Assembly (NCBI RefSeq): GCF_006345805.1 | Contig: NC_043000.1 | Location: 126,542,001 to 126,606,000, forward strand | Direction of reading: 5' to 3' | DNA length: 64,000 nucleotides | From: Octopus sinensis | Lineage: Eukaryota | Shown here: positions 36,755 through 49,944 of the stretch, one piece after another | Position numbering within the stretch: position 1 is the first letter of the stretch | Layout: each line of letters opens with the position of its first letter | Notes under the pieces: generated by a model | Databases searched by the model: none | What the model was told of the DNA's origin: nothing | Seen by the model: only the letters and a program-made list of their open reading frames with translations | Made by a program: the position numbers and the translations under genes

Positions 36755-38680
36755 ATCTTTCATATTTTGTAAAGTGACTGCTGATAGAAAGGAAATACAA
36801 ATTAAACATACAAATTAGACATGGCCTTCTGGCCTATCTAAGAGTGCAGTAACTGAATAAAAACTCAGACCATGGCCTGTCCAACCCCAGTCTAGCATGG
36901 AAAGTGGATGTAAAATGAATATAATGATGATGATGAGCTTCTCTGCAATAACACATCTTTGGATTTAATACTTTACAGCTTTTTTTTTTCAGCCAATACG
37001 TAAAGAATATAAAAGCCAATTCATTAGTAACAAGCTCTTATAGAGTATTAGAATACTGTTTCAGACTCTGAGTTCTTCTAGAATTAATAAATTTCATTTC
37101 ATTGTTTCAACCATGAACAGTGTTGTTTTCAAAAATAAAATATCTGAGACTAAATTATTCAGTGTTCTTTTTTCTTTTTTTCAAAATGGTGGATGTAATT
37201 TGATGGAGATTTAGCTACTATATCTGCCATGTCAAATGGCCATGTAGAGTCTCACTTGTTAGGTCTTTATTCTAGTTTTCATCTGACAGTTTACATTCAA
37301 CTTGATAACTTCTTTTAATGATCCGTTCGAGCTTGTATAGATTTTGTTGCAACTTATCATTGAACTTCTTAAAATATCTAAAATGAACAACATCCTGTTG
37401 ATAATTAATGGAATCCTGAGAATTTGAATTTACTGAGGCTGCCTTGATCTGTTTTTGTTTTTATAGAAATATCAAAGACACTTCTCTCTCTCTCTCTCTC
37501 TCTGCTGAGCACTGAAAGCAATCTAGTGTTCTATGTTAAGTCTTTAAATGTCTCAATAACTACAACAGCAACAACAACAATTTTGCTTTGGTACATGTAA
37601 CTGCAATTAAATATTTTCTGAATACTCAATGAAGCTGACAGCTAAACCTTAAAAGCTTTATAAGATTAATGTCAGGTAGATGCTTTATAATACTTTTCTT
37701 TTATACAGTGTCAATCTGTAACTGACTTCAGTTTATTTATACAGTTTAAAAACAACCATCAAACTTCAAGTGCTTGTACACACACACACACACCACCACC
37801 ACCACTGCCGCCACTGCCACCGCCACCACCACCATCTGCATCCTCTCATATTCTCACCTAATACTTTGAGTGTTTGCTCTGGTGCTCCATCACTACCAAC
37901 TTTATTTCCTTCTCAGCTACTCCATCCATCTCATATAATGTGGGGTAGACATGTATCTCCTCTACAGTAAGACACAAGACCCCTGTATTTGTCTCTCTAT
38001 CATACTTTGGCCTCTCAACACCTAATATAAAGCCACCTTCCACTCTCAAATACCCCCACTGCTTGCCACTTGGTCAAAGGGGGCTTTTGATTCTTTTCGT
38101 TTTCCCCCCTGTTTTTTTTTTTTCTGTCTTGCAAGTAACTTGGCAACCACACTGGCGGTGGTGGCATGAAAAAGTACTCAAAACAATTTGTGAACTGGTT
38201 GGCATTAGGAAGAGCTTCTAAGCACAGGAACCATGCCAAAGCAGGCAAGGAGCTTGGTACAATCCTCTGACTCATCAGGTCTTATAAGCCACCCAATCCA
38301 TGCTAGCATGGAACACAGACAATAAATGATGGAGATGATCGCCTGGTTTGGCAATATTTCTTCTGAGGACCAATGTTTACAGATCAAATCTACCTTCTTC
38401 CACCCGAGTCTTCCATTGTCTGTTACAAGCATGATTACTTCCTACACCTATGCAGGAAATATGTATTTTCTTATCATAAACAGGTGTGCACAAAACAGCA
38501 TTTCAGCCATTGTCTATGCCGATATCTAACTAATCTTTATATAATAAATATTTTCAACATATCTTTTTATTAGCAATTAACCAGCTTATACAACAAATTA
38601 ATGTAATAATCCATGAAATTTAAATGGGGGCTAGCTGATTACATTGACACTAGCGCACAACTGGTACTTATTTCATCAAG

Positions 38681-38842
38681 GTGCAGGAGTGGCTGTGTGG
38701 TAAGTAGCTTGCTTACCAACCACATGGTTCTGGGTTCTGTCCCACTGTGTGGTACCTTGGGCATGTGTCTTCTATTATAGCCTCAGGCCGACCAAAGCCT
38801 TCTGAATGGATTTGGTAGACAGAAACTGAAAAGAAGCAAGTC

Positions 38843-38890
<48 letters not shown>

Positions 38891-39120
38891 GTGTGTCTGT
38901 GTGTGTGTGTCTGTGTTTGTCCCCCCAACATCGCTTGACAACTGATGCTGGTGTGTTTACATCCCCGTAACTTAGCGGTTCGGCAAAAGTGACAAATAGA
39001 ATAAGTACTAGGCTTACAAAGAATAAGTCCTGGGATCGATTTGCCCGACTAGAGGCGGTGTTTCAGCATGGCTACAGTTAAATGACTGAAACAAGTAAAA
39101 GAGTAAAAAAAGAGTAAAAA
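38681..39120 (+). mobile_element. SINE family A
   Basis: Full-length copy with AAAAGAGT tail repeats. Confidence 0.85.
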
Positions 39121-39164
39121 GGGAGAGTAACCCTGAAAGGATGAAAAGTAAAGATGACTTTGAT

Positions 39165-39480
39165 GGATCGTGGTTACAATTCCCAGACTGGGCGTTGTGA
39201 ATGATTATTGAGCGAAAACACCTAAAGCTCCACAAGGCTCCAGCAGGGGGTGGTGGCGAACCCTGCTGTACTCTTTCACTGCAACTTTCTCTCACTCTTT
39301 CTTCCTGTTTCTGTTGTACCTGTATTTCAAAGGGCCAGCCTTGTCATACTGTGTCATGCTGAATCTCCCCGAGAACTATGTTAAGGGTTCACGTGACTGT
39401 GGAGTGCTCAGCCACTTGCACATTAATTTCACGAGCATTCTGTTCCATTGATCGGATCAACTGGAACCCTCGTCGTCATA
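39165..39480 (+). mobile_element. SINE family F (uninterrupted paralog of the element hosting the Merlin-like foldback)
   Basis: 39300-39475 is the reverse complement of 16065-16203 plus 16805-16830, with a single AGGCTGGC at 39334-39341. Confidence 0.75.
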
Positions 39481-39735
39481 ACCAATGGAGTGTCACAACA
39501 TATATATTAAGGGCTTCTTTTCAGTTTCTGTCTACTAAATCCACTCACATGGTTTTGGTTGGTCCGAGGCTATAGAACATAGACACTTACCCAAGGTGTC
39601 ATGTAGTGGGACAGAACCTGAAACCAAATGGTTAGGAAGCAAACTTCTTACCACACAGCCATGCCTAATGCTTGTATGCAAAAAAATTTTTTAAAAGGAA
39701 ATAAAAATGTAAAAGATTTTGAGTGACATATTTAC

Positions 39736-39913
39736 CTTTTTAGAAAAGACATTGTGCTGACAAAACTGCTGGAGCCCAATCACAAATAACATACAGTAGC
39801 CAACACTGGGCAAGTACAGGATGCGTTCAGCTATTACAAAACCAACACGAAAGAACAGATTACTGGCCGGAAGGAATGGTATGAGTAGAAATGCAATGGA
39901 TAAAAGAAGCAGC
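39736..39913 (-). CDS. TMTC4: TMTC4 exon 6: (R)LLLLSIAFLLIPFLPASNLFFRVGFVIAERILYLPSVGYC...FSKK
   Basis: ggcag acceptor, GTAAAT donor, 178 nt; TMTC signature PFLPASNLFFRVGFVxAERxLYLPS. Confidence 0.95.
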
Positions 39914-40046
39914 CTGCCAATGAAATAGAAATGAGAGAAAGAGTTAAAAATAAAATGTAAATAAATAAACGAATGATGATAAACAAAGGGGAGATGAACA
40001 AAGCAGTCTTTTGGTACAGTGAAACTTATAAATACATGCAAATATA

Positions 40047-40415
40047 GGTGTGGCTGTGTGGTAAAATTTGCTTCCCAGCCACATGGCTCTTGGTTCAGTC
40101 CCGCTGAATGGCATCTCAAGCTGACCAAAGCTTTGGGAATGGATTTGGAAGATGGAAACTGAAAGAAGCCTATCATATGTATAATGTGTGTGTGTGTGTG
40201 TGTGTGTTGTGTGTGTGTTTGTTCTCCCACTGCTTGATAATAACCCGTATTGGTGTGTTTATGTTCCCGCAACTTAGCGGTTTAGCAAAAGAGTCTAATA
40301 GAATAAGCAGCAGATTTTAAAAAACAAATAAGTACTGGGGTTGATTCGGTGGACTAAAATGTTTCAAGGCAGTGCTCCCGCATGGCCACAGTCTAATGAC
40401 TGAAATAAGTAAGAG
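40047..40415 (+). mobile_element. SINE family A (older variant)
   Basis: Head and tail similarity; lies just upstream of the exon 6 acceptor. Confidence 0.75.
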
Positions 40416-40457
40416 ATATACGATAAAAAAATGTATATATATGCATATATATATATA

Positions 40458-41001
40458 TGAGTTCCTTTCGAGTGTTGGGCCTCACGGATCAAGGCGGCTG
40501 AGTTCCTTTCAAGTGCTGGGCCACATGGAGGCAAGGTTGCTGAGTTCCTTTCGAGCACTGGGCCTCACGGAGGCAAATTGGCTGAGTTCCTTTCAAGCAC
40601 TGGACCTCATGGAAGCAAGGTGGCTGAGTTCCTTTCAAGTGTTGGTCCTCACAGAGGCAATGACTAAGACCTTTGGCATTATGTTGTGCTTGAGAAGAAG
40701 ACCCATCAAACCAAGCAAAATCGCAGTCATGACAGATACCAGCGTCATGCAAATTGACACCCTTGCTGATAGCATGTAAACACACCCTGGGGTCACACAA
40801 ATGGCACCCATGCTGGTGGCACGTAAAAGCACCCATTACACTGTTGGAGTGGTTGCCGTAAGGAAGGGCATCCAGCCATAGAAAACCATGCCAAATAAGA
40901 GTGGAATCTGGTACAGCCTTCCAGCCTGCCAGCAGAGTCAAACCAACCAACCCATGCCAGCATAGACAACATACATTAAATGGTGATGATGATGATGCTG
41001 A

Positions 41002-41005
<4 letters not shown>
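40458..41005 (+). mobile_element. RTE family D 3' end with five tandem 42-bp units at its 5' truncation point
   Basis: Units start at 40458, 40499, 40541, 40583, 40625 and run into LTEAMT...LCLRRR, the 3'UTR and (GAT)n. Confidence 0.85.
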
Positions 41006-41037
<32 letters not shown>

Positions 41038-41391
41038 ACTCATATATACATATACACACACACACATATATACATATGTGGAGAGAGAGAGAGTGACAAT
41101 TCCGGATTATGCATCACAGTATATAAACCCTGCTTCTACCTTGTCCAGTGGCCTGTACAGCAGGTAGCGCCAAGAGGGAAAGTGTTGTCTTAGTAACTGA
41201 ACTGTTACCACCTTTGTCTGATATATGATATTAATGAGAAACCCAGATTATGAAGGTGACAACCAAGGAAGTTGAGGTACAATGACACCTAAGAAAGCTG
41301 GGGCGGGGTGACAATCAGAAAAGTCACAGTGACAATCAGGAAAAATAGGTGACTAAGTACCATGAAATCAAATATATGTGTATATAACTTT

Positions 41392-41722
41392 TTTTACTCT
41401 TTTACGTGTTTCAGTCATTTGACTGTGGCCATGCTGGAGCACCGCCTTTAGCCAAGCAAATTGACCCCAAGACTTATTCTTTGTAAGCCTAATACTTATT
41501 CTATCGGTCTCTTTTGCTGAACCGCTAAGTTACAGGGATGTAAACACACCAGCATCGGTTGTCAAGCGATGTTAGGGGTGGGGGATACAGACTCACAAAC
41601 ATATATATATACAACAGGCTTCTTTCAGTTTCTATCTACCAAATCTACTGTGCCACGCAGTGGGACTGAACCCAGAACCATGTGGTTCGTAAGCAAGCTA
41701 CTTACCACACAGCCACTCCTAC
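41392..41722 (-). mobile_element. SINE family A with internal deletion
   Basis: Similarity to other copies. Confidence 0.8.
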
Positions 41723-42369
41723 ACCTATATATATACATATATACATTCTACAGACACATAATTCTAAAGGATGATGATGATGATGAAGATCACAACTACA
41801 TCAACCAATTATGTATAAGTGGGGCATCCTGAGGGACGACCTAGATAGATCAATAGATATATGTAAGCTTTCATATTTATGTACTATAATCACGACATAA
41901 AAGATTCTCCCCTCCCCCATTCTCTCTCATATCTATCTCTTGAATTATATCATCATCATCAGCAGCATCGTCTGGTTGAGCTTGCTTATTTATAGCGTCT
42001 TTTGATTGCTAATTTCTTGTCAATGGTTGCAGGTCCTATAGACAATTGCAGTGTCAGTCAAACTGCTTATTGAGTATCGCAGCTAACCTGTATATCTACA
42101 GCTCATTCCCCTATCCGCAAACTGGGGGCCTGATGAATAGGAGTTATCATCACCCCACCATCATATACATACAGGCATACATACCAACATATATATGTAT
42201 ATATTTAAAAGGTTGTTTGTTATGGCCAGTCAGAGGGTGACCACTGGTTTCGCACCCACAAAGCGCTTAGCTAAGTGTGATATCAATGGTCACTCTCTGA
42301 TTGGGATTAATAAACTACTTTCTAAATATGTTATTGCTCTAATGTTTTAGAGTGTGCTTCCTTTTGAGA

Positions 42370-42700
42370 TATACGGCTCAGTGGTTAGAGCGTTGGGCTC
42401 ACAATCATGAGGTAGTGAGTTCAATTCCTGGACAGGGCTCTGTGTTGTCTTCTTGAGTAAAACACTTTATCTCACGTTGCTCCAGTTCACTCAGCTGCAG
42501 AAATGAGTTGTGATATCACTGGTGCCAAGCTGTATCGGCCTTTGCTTTTCTCTTGGATAACTTTGGTGCTATGGAGAGAGGCTGGAATGCATGGGCGACT
42601 GCTGGTCTTCCATAAACAAACTTGCCCAGACTTGTGCCTCAGAGTGGAACTTTTTAGGTGCAATCCCATGGTCATTCATGACCAAAGGGAGTCTTTATAT
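42370..42700 (+). mobile_element. SINE family C
   Basis: ggctcagtggttagagcg...gagttcaattcctgg head plus tcttgagtaaaacacttt core. Confidence 0.8.
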
Positions 42701-42894
42701 ATATTCTATGGATAGGTTTTATGATTTGTGCCAGTTCATTTAGTGGTGATGTGTTGATGTAAGAACCAATTTGCATCAAGAGCCAAAATAAATTATGGAG
42801 AAGATAATGAAATGTTAAAAGAATATCTTGCATTTTTCAGTTTGTAACAAATGATAGATAAGTGAAAATATGAATAAGTTCAATAAATAATTAC

Positions 42895-43097
42895 CTCTTC
42901 TGGTGTCCTGGACTACAAGTAACAGAAACATGTAAGAATGCGCAAAATCCTACCCAAAAGAGTAAGACAAGAACACATCTTGGATCAAGGAAGGATTCGA
43001 TTGTAGGAATACATCCCATTGACCAATCAAAACAAAGCCACCATGGGTTTAACAATAACCATACATTGAGAGCATACAAGTAACTGTAGTTGATGGA
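42895..43097 (-). CDS. TMTC4: TMTC4 exon 5 (DUF1736): SINYSYLYALNVWLLLNPWWLCFDWSMGCIP...SPGHQK(R)
   Basis: ctttctag acceptor, GTAAT donor, 203 nt, ends phase 2. Confidence 0.95.
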
Positions 43098-43244
43098 CTA
43101 GAAAGGAAGAAAACAAAGAAATTGCTTGAGTATGTATGTATGTATATATATAATTATTATATTGTAATTAAAAAGACTGAACATTTTATTGTGCACATAA
43201 TTATTACATTACATAAATGTTTCATTACAAGGCATGCAAGCCAT

Positions 43245-43660
43245 AAAGAAAGAGATGCTGTCAGAAGATATGGTTTCAGTAAGGAATATAACATGCAGGT
43301 AGACGTCCACCAAGGCTCAGTTCTTAGTTCTCTCTAATATGTTATAGTTCTCCAGGTTGTAACAGAGTAGTTTAAGACTTGTTGCCAGTGGGAACGGCTG
43401 TATGTTGATGATTTAGTTCTCATAGGTGATTGCGCCAAAGAAATAGAAGAAATTCCAAACTAGGAAGCAACATCCAGAATTAAGAGGCCTCAAAGTAAAC
43501 TTAGGAAAGACAAAATTTTTAAGTAAAAGTTAAAAAGATAAGGTCCTGCTATAAATCAAAGAAGTGGCTTTGCTCAATATACAGAAAAGGAGTTGGTAGG
43601 AATTCTGTGCTGTGTACCAAATGTAAACAAAGGGTGGATAAGAAATACAGTGACATTACT
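43245..43660 (+). mobile_element. Degenerate RTE reverse-transcriptase core fragment
   Basis: VDVHQGSVLSSL*...CQWERLYVDDLVLI with in-frame stops. Confidence 0.8.
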
Positions 43661-43856
43661 AGACAGGCAGACACAAAAGAAAGATTTTGCCAGTAGCAGA
43701 GATACAAGAGTTGTTAGCATGGTGCTTGTTGTAATCTTTCATGCAATATATTATAGAGATTAAATATATCTCACGTATAATCACTTAATTTGTTGTGAAT
43801 TTCTAAAAGTATTAATTTTACAAATTGCCATTAGTTTATTTCAATGAATTTTCATA

Positions 43857-44700
43857 TGAGGTGCATTCCAGAAGTTTTGAGACTTTTTAGGAGAGACAGT
43901 TATAAATGTCCTAGCCCTTTACCATTCAGATTTTTCTGTCAAATGTAATGTGTATTCATTCACATTGTTTTGAATTAATGATGCATTACCTTGTAGTTTT
44001 GAGATCTAAATGATATGGTTGTTTATCATAAGAATAACATTGTAGGGCAGGTGTGAGAGGTCGAATTTATGTTCGAACATAAAACAAGTAAAATATTTGG
44101 GCCAGATATGGTGGATTTAAATTCTAAAGGGTTAAATTATTGTAATTTTAGTTTGTCATTTCTGTATACTTAATTAACTGACATGCCACCTTTTTTTTCT
44201 TTTTTTATTCCAGTTTGAAGGAGATGACAGCATTTTGAACACACTCTTCTAAACCCTGCTGGTCATAGCTAACTAGTTTGTACAATGCAGTCAGGGTATG
44301 AAGACAATTTAGAGGTTTACTCTGCAATAAAGTTTTCTGTTAACTGGGCAAAAATGCTTCATAAACATATGAAATGCTCCATACTGCTTATGAATTAACT
44401 TATGTGAGCCAAGCGTCTGTTTTTCACTGGCACAAGAGGTTCAAGAACAGTAGAGAGTGGGTAACAGATGATGTGATGCGTGTGAAGGACAATCAGAACA
44501 TCAGAGCTGGTTGAGAAAATTTGTAATTTTTTGGATGAAGACCATTGCGCGTTTATAAAGACAATAAGCATACACTTTCAAGTTGGTGTGGCGACTGTGC
44601 AGAGAATTAGTCATGAAGATCTGAATATGTGCCAAATTTGTGAAAAGTTTGTTCTCAGAATGCTCAGTGATGGACAGAAGGAAAGACACATTGGTGACAG
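43857..44700 (+). pseudogene. mariner transposase remnant (left TIR plus N-terminal HTH domains), interrupted by a piggyBac MITE
   Basis: TA|TGAGGTGCATTCCAGAAGTT TIR; AIKF..LGKNAS*TYEMLHTAY...SVFHWHKRFKNSRE and VQRISHEDLNMCQICEKFVLRMLSDGQKERH match mariner motifs; stops and frameshifts. Confidence 0.8.
43915..44131. mobile_element. piggyBac-type MITE (family P2)
   Basis: CCCTTTACCATTCAG...AATTCTAAAGGG|TTAA; paralogs at 25579-25798, 35460-35991 (split), 36097-36283 and 52330-52666 (split). Confidence 0.8.
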
Positions 44701-44814
44701 TATTTATGTCTGACTACTCTTAATGCTTTATCTTTCTGCTTCCAACCAAGCTCTGCATTCTTCTGAAGTTTCCTTTTGTCAGTTCTCTTGACTTCCTGAT
44801 TTGTTTACTGGTTA

Positions 44815-44817
<3 letters not shown>

Positions 44818-44862
<45 letters not shown>
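44818..44862. repeat. (CT)n microsatellite
   Basis: Direct. Confidence 0.95.
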
Positions 44863-44867
<5 letters not shown>

Positions 44868-46038
44868 CCCCTTAATAATAGTTTCTTTCTTCCATCTCAC
44901 TCAGCATAGCCACTGCTTTCTCATTCCATATTCATCTAGTGTGACAGACAGGAGGCAACAAATGATAAAAGAGAAATGTGACTTAGCATTTGATGTGTGT
45001 GTGTGTGTGTGTGTGTAGCATATTATATAAATATTTAATTTTATATAATCGTTGTATTATACAGACATCTGTATTATAAAGACAGATATATACAACTATT
45101 ATATTATTAGATATAATATTTTTATATCATAGAGATATTATACATACTTATGAATATTGTATGTATTTATGATATGATATATATTACTATGTTTATTCAT
45201 GTGTAACATAAACAGGGGAAGCATTTCCAAATTTCATTCAATTGACCTTTTGGTCAAATGTATAGATCAGCAGACTGAGAAAGAAAAAAACACACGCACA
45301 CACACACACACACACAGTAAATTCTGATCAGTGCATTTTCATGTGCTTATTGAAGTCAACCGTTATTTATCATACATCAAAGTGGGTCTTTTTTGAAATT
45401 CCTGACAAAGATCCTCCTGATCCATGATAAATGACTGTTGATTCAATGATCACATGAAGATGCAACAATCAGAATTTATAGTATTTAAATAACTTCTTTC
45501 TAATGTACAGTTGAACAAAGAGGCCAATTGAATTAAACCATGGATTGGCAATATAATCACTGTTTACCATAAAATAAACAAAAACTAAATATAAATACAT
45601 ATATATATATATATATTATTACACATAATTATATATTTATTATATGTAATATATACACAAATACACACACATATATATATATATAGATACATATTCATAT
45701 AATTACATAATATGTTATGCAGTGTAAATAGTAAAGGTTTTTATCTCTCTTCTCTCTCTATCTAAATATTTTATGCTTGTGGAGATAGGAAACTATATAT
45801 TTTTATTAGAACAATTATGGATGCACCTCTTACTCAGCCAGCCACAAAGTAGGAATGAAACCCATTTTTTATTCCAGTTCAATATTAAAGAGATGAATTA
45901 TGTACATTATTTACATTTGACGGATATTTTTTATTACTCAAACCAAACTTGAGCAAGTGATGTCTTGTGTTTCCCCCTACCTCTCACATAATGCAAACAG
46001 ATATATCCCCAGTGTATTAAATAGACATCTGTATCATA

Positions 46039-46049
<11 letters not shown>

Positions 46050-46083
<34 letters not shown>
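46050..46083. repeat. (CA)n microsatellite
   Basis: Direct. Confidence 0.95.
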
Positions 46084-46087
<4 letters not shown>

Positions 46088-46889
46088 AGGGAAAGAGAAA
46101 CATACATCTAATTATTTTCATCATTAAAAAAATAACATAAAGCACTTTTAGCACCCTGTTTGATTTGGTATTTATTCATCTATTTAATACTGTATAGCTA
46201 CAGCTGCAGTTCTTCAACAGCTGTGAAGGGTGTAGGAACATGCTATTAGAGAGGTCATAGAAATTTGCAGACATTTCAACAGATATTCTTTGAGATCCAG
46301 ATTTTAAATGGCAATCTCTGAAGCATAGATATTTATAAGGTTACCATTTTGGGAACCAATTACTGAGCTGGCTCTAAACGAAAAAAAAGAAAGAACAAAA
46401 ACAAAAGGTTTAAAGATCATTGGTTCAATGTATCAGACTCCATTCTATAGAGGTCATGAATTCAGTATTAAGGGTTTTCACACAAATAGTTATACAATCT
46501 GCTCATGAGCAAAGTACATAACTCCATAATCCCATTTGTAAATCTGTGTAGAAAGTAATAGAATTATGCTTTATTTGCCTTAGACTATCTGAATATCCAT
46601 CTACCTCACCGCTACACAAACACACATTATTATTCTTAAAGCTTTCTCTGCCTTTATAAGATTTCTCATTCTCTGCAACACGGAGACAACACTTCACAAG
46701 TTTATCAAGTTATTTAAAACTAGTTTTATTTATATGTCATACCGACGATCAGCTAATGTGATGTTCTCTACTTAGTTGTATTGACACATGAAAATTTATT
46801 GCAAACATACAACCGGTTTAAGTATAATCCTGTACCTACACACACACACGCATACATACATTTTGTATAGGTGATGTGACTATTTTTGT

Positions 46890-47091
46890 TGACATACTCT
46901 TTTACTTGTTTCAGTCATTTGACTGTGGCCATGCTGCAGCACCGCCTTTAATCGAACAAATCGACCCCAGGACTTATTTTTTATAAGCCTATTACTTATT
47001 CTATCGGTCTCTTTTGCTGAACTGCTAAGTAAACACACCCGCATCGGTTGTCAAGCTATGTTGGGGGACAAACACTGGCACACAAACATAT

Positions 47092-47122
<31 letters not shown>

Positions 47123-47292
47123 CACAAATATATACAACGGGCTTCTTTCAGTTTCCATCTACCAAATCCACTCACAAGGCTTTGGTCGGCCCAAAGCTAT
47201 AGTAGAAGACACCTGCCCAAAGTGCCACACAGTGGGACTGAACCTGGAACCATGTGGTTGGTAAGCAAGCTACTTACCACACATCCACTCCA
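46890..47292 (-). mobile_element. SINE family A
   Basis: Full-length copy. Confidence 0.85.
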
Positions 47293-47742
47293 GGGCCTAT
47301 ACATACATAGTTATGTACAATAACACAGAGTGTAGTTTATGCTTTTAAACATTTTATGTGTGCGCGTGTGTGTGTGTGTGAGTGTATCTCTGTCCCCACC
47401 ACCGCTAGATAACCAGTGTTGGTGTGTTTATGTCCCTATAACTTAGTGATTCAGTGGAAGAGGTTATTAGAATAAGTACCAGGCTTTAAAACAAGTAAGT
47501 GCTGAAGTCAATTCATTCAACTAGAATTCTTCAAATTGATGAACCACCTTGGCTGCAGTCTAATGATTGAAACAAGCAAAAGATAAAAGATTAAAGATCC
47601 AGGAGTTTTTTTTTTTCCTTAATACCCAGCATTGGTGCACTTTACTACCAGATTACATGCAAAAAAACAAAAAAAAGAAACAAAAGCAAAAACAAAAAAA
47701 AAAGGAAACTATAAATAAATTTGAGAATAAATTATGACTTAC

Positions 47743-47904
47743 TCTGAGGTAAAAACTTGAGACAAATGAATGTGGATTATCAACAATCTGAAACGTTGGA
47801 GGTTTGAATCCCATCAGCTTCCATCGAAGAGCCAATAACAGAATTCCAGAAACTATCAATATGAGGTGTCGTAGAAGTAAAGACTTCCCCCAACAAGGCA
47901 CTTT
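47743..47904 (-). CDS. TMTC4: TMTC4 exon 4: KVPCWGKSLLLRHLILIVSGILLLALRWKLMGFKPPTFQIVDNPHSFVSSFYLR
   Basis: tttcag acceptor, GTAAGT donor, 162 nt; RWxxMGxxPPxFxxVDNP motif. Confidence 0.94.
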
Positions 47905-49169
47905 CTGAAATTATATATTAATTAACACATATACAAATATATATATATATATATCTATATATATCAAAAGGTTCTAGACTAACAGACTCCTCTCCCGGAG
48001 TACTGACCTTAGATATCATATAATACTCTCTCAATAGCTACATTTTAATGACTAATATTGTTGGTCATTTCCCTTTTCATAGCTCAGCCTCAACAGACAC
48101 ACCTCTGCTGCATTCCTGGGATACCCTTCGTTCCGTAAAATTTACGTTCTCATCTGATGATTACAATCTTTTATAATGATGTCATGCTCTCATTTTTCAT
48201 TAAAAGTTATGTGAGAAACAGCTGTAATGAGTTGACACTTATCCATCGTGCATTTTTATTCATTTGATTTTATATATAGATCTATATAAGTAAAGACAAG
48301 CCTTGGTCATGAATGACCATGGGATTGCACTTAGAAAGTTACCCTCTGAGGCACAAGTCCAGGCAAGGTTGTTTATGGAAGACCAACAGTTGACCATGCA
48401 TACCAGCCTCCCCTCTCCGTGCCACCAAAAGAAAGGCTGATACAGCTTGGCACCAGTGATGTTGCAACTCATTTCTGCAGCTGAATGAACTGGAGCAATG
48501 TGAAATAAAGTGTCTTGCTCAAGAACACAACATAGCCCAGTCTGCGGATCAAACTCACTACCTCATGATTGTGGGCCTGAGGCATGCAACTTCACTATAT
48601 ACATATACCACTGAGCCATGCAATTTCACTATATACTTATATATTTGTTATTTATATATAAGTATTTTCCTGAAGTTGCTTAAATGCAAAAGTAACAATA
48701 ATTGACAGCTCATCATAATATATGGAGTAAAATCCCAATAACACAGTAAAAGCGGACAAAGTCACTCCCAGGAATCAAACCAGGAATCTGTTGTAGACCA
48801 AATAGCTATGATACAATGCCAGAGACACTCACCAACTTTTAACCATGAAATTAGAAGCTTACAAGCAATTTGTGTATATACACACAAATTTAACATTGTA
48901 ATGTGATGTGTATTCAAGACAAATAATTGATTTATGTATGTTATTAATAAAGTATTATGAATTAAGAACCAAATACAACGAAGGTGTTACTAAATGGTTT
49001 CATATTAATCTCCTGAATGAAAGAACAATTAAATAATCCCCAGACGCTTGTAAAGCTGTAATAATAATATACACAATGTATTACTTTATACTGAGGATGC
49101 TCATTTTCCAAACTTATAAACTACCTTCAGGCACACACACACACAAACAAAAGCACATACACATACATA

Positions 49170-49685
49170 CATGGTTAGTCCACATTACTCTTTAAGGAGC
49201 ATAGGACTAGTTTCGTTGATTTTCTGGTGTATATATTCCTCCCTGGACAAGACGCTGGCTTGTTGTAGTTTTACTCATTTTTACCAGCTGAGCAGACTGG
49301 AGCAGCATGAAATGAAATGTTTTGCTCAAGAACACAACACATCACCTGGTCTAGGAATTGAAACCACAATGTTATGGTCATAAGTCTAACACCCTAACCA
49401 CTAAGCAATGCACCTCCATTACATACATAAATAAAATTTAATAAATGCACCCTTTTAAAGCCTAGCCAGGCTCATGGGCCCGGTTTCTATGGCGTATGTG
49501 TTCCCCAGCTGGATGGCATGCCAGTCCATCACAGCGTTACTCATTTCTGCGGCTGAGTGGACAGGAGCAACATGAAATGAAGTGCTTTGCTCAAGAACAC
49601 AACGCGTCGCCTGGTCCAGGAATCGAAACCACAATCTTACAATCATGATGCTAACACCCTAACCACTAAGTCACGTGCCTCTACC
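49170..49685 (-). mobile_element. Two tandem SINE family C copies
   Basis: gctgag(c/t)ggactggagca(g/a)catgaaatgaa repeated. Confidence 0.8.
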
Positions 49686-49854
49686 CATTACATACATACA
49701 TATATATTATTTGGTCTAAAACGTAAAACTTGAATCATACAAAGGCAGATACAGTCCTGTTTTCCAAAATAAGATATAAAATAAGTAGGAATGGTATAAA
49801 ACAAGATGTCTATAATTCAAAAATAAATCATATTCTCTGCTTTTAAAAACTTAC

Positions 49855-49944
49855 GTTTGGTATTTTCTGGTTCTTTATTAATGATATGAAATGTAGAGGA
49901 TCAATACGGCATACAATTATGATATCATAGGCACTGCAGATACC
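49855..49944 (-). CDS. TMTC4: TMTC4 exon 3: GICSAYDIIIVCRIDPLHFISLIKNQKIPN
   Basis: attcag acceptor, GTAAGT donor, 90 nt, phase 0-0; aligns with human GLNAVFDILVIGK. Confidence 0.88.

Noticed and set aside
37270-37460. Met-less open frame of about 60 codons on the minus strand (IKAASVN...SDEN*)
   Set aside because: No convincing acceptor tract and no recognisable motif; expected by chance in AT-rich DNA.
39691-40272. 193-aa ORF as a standalone gene
   Set aside because: Chance read-through of SINE, intron and TMTC4 exon 6; only 39736-39913 is bounded by splice sites.
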